Below are positions 25,013-26,040 of a stretch of DNA of 26,040 nucleotides, in pieces (the first letter of the stretch is position 1; each line of letters begins with the position of its first letter). Source of the DNA: a virus (lineage: Duplodnaviria; Caudoviricetes); the IMG/VR virus record IMGVR_UViG_3300011258_000040, positions 1-26,040 of that record, one strand, 5' to 3'. The notes under the pieces were generated by a model. It saw only the letters and a program-made list of their open reading frames with translations, did no database searches and had not been told where the DNA came from. A program made the translations under genes and the position numbers.

Positions 25013-26040
25013 TGGGTGGAGTAGTATCTCAGAGTATTCCTAATTTTCTGAATGGTATCTCACAACAAACACCAACACAGAGAGGTATCAATCAAGCAGA
25101 AGAACAGGTAAATTTACAAAACAATATTGTAGATGGTTTATCTAAAAGACCTGCTTTTGAATACATAGACACTATAGATGCTACTAACGTATATCCAAAC
25201 ACAGTAAAATTTTGGTCTATACAAAGAGATAAAGACAATCAATTTGTTGTAATTCTTTATAATGGTGGTGTAAAAGTTTATGATTTAGATGGTAATGAAA
25301 AAACAGTTACAGTTGCAAGTGGGTCTAGTTATCTAACTACAACTAATCCAAAAGCAGATTTTAAATTAGTTAATATTGCTGATTATACTTTTATTGCAAA
25401 TAAATCTAAAACAGTATTAGCAGATACAACATTAAGTACAGCAAAAATAGAAGAGTTTTATATTAATGTTGTAACATCTAATTATGGTCGAGAGTATGCT
25501 GTAACAGTAAGACACCCTAATATGTCTTATGATGTTAAAGCTTCTTTACAAATGCCTTCAGGTTCTAATTTGAACCATGATGCAGTATTTAGAGATACTG
25601 CTCACATTGCAGATATTTTATTTAGAGGTACATCTAGTACACATTTTGATAGTGCGTCTGATGCTAGTTTTAAATTAACTAGAGAAGACACAGGAGCAAC
25701 TTTAAGTACAACTCAAGGATTAGGTACATCTAGTGAAGTAACAAATTATTTTACTATGTCTCAATATCCGGGAGTTATCAGAGGTATTTCAACAAATGGT
25801 AATAGTAATTACACCGTGTTAACTGCTGATGGTTCAGGTAATACAGGTATGTATTCTATAAGAGATGAAATATCTGACTTTACAAAATTACCTTATCACG
25901 CAAGTACAGACAGTATTATAAAAGTTACAGGTGATGAAGGAGATACTTTATCTGATTATTATGTTAAGTTTGAAACAGATGGTGTTTGGAAAGAAACAAT
26001 AGGTCAAGGTGTTAGTCTTGGTTTAGATAATTCTACAATG
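25012..26040 (+). CDS. tail tubular protein B (gp12-like), partial, runs off the window
   Basis: TAATG coupling; MGGVVSQSIPNFLNGISQQ...GLSKRP, IADYTFIANK; open to the window end. Confidence 0.93.
   Translation, partial: MGGVVSQSIPNFLNGISQQTPTQRGINQAEEQVNLQNNIVDGLSKRPAFEYIDTIDATNVYPNTVKFWSIQRDKDNQFVVILYNGGVKVYDLDGNEKTVTVASGSSYLTTTNPKADFKLVNIADYTFIANKSKTVLADTTLSTAKIEEFYINVVTSNYGREYAVTVRHPNMSYDVKASLQMPSGSNLNHDAVFRDTAHIADILFRGTSSTHFDSASDASFKLTREDTGATLSTTQGLGTSSEVTNYFTMSQYPGVIRGISTNGNSNYTVLTADGSGNTGMYSIRDEISDFTKLPYHASTDSIIKVTGDEGDTLSDYYVKFETDGVWKETIGQGVSLGLDNSTM

Overview
AT-rich T7-like podovirus (Autographiviridae) segment. The gene set and composition resemble marine SAR11 pelagiphages of the HTVC019P/HTVC011P type, which is inference. 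All supported genes are on the + strand. The window crosses the genome-end junction in this order: late membrane and terminase genes plus a pesticin-like muramidase (1-4203); a non-coding terminal region with short repeats, a phage promoter and a terminator (about 4204-4780); an early region of ten small ORFs (about 4780-7733); RNA polymerase, SSB, endonuclease I, gp3.5-type amidase, primase-helicase, DNA polymerase A, exonuclease and class Ia RNR alpha/beta; then portal, scaffold, major capsid and tail tube A/B. The standout feature is four complete hammerhead ribozymes (types III, III, II and I, all cleaving at GUC) in intergenic spacers of the early region. Each lies just upstream of a ribosome-binding site, where T7 uses host RNase III sites, which suggests a self-processing early transcript. 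All calls come from reading the sequence and recalling motifs; no searches or folding programs were run.
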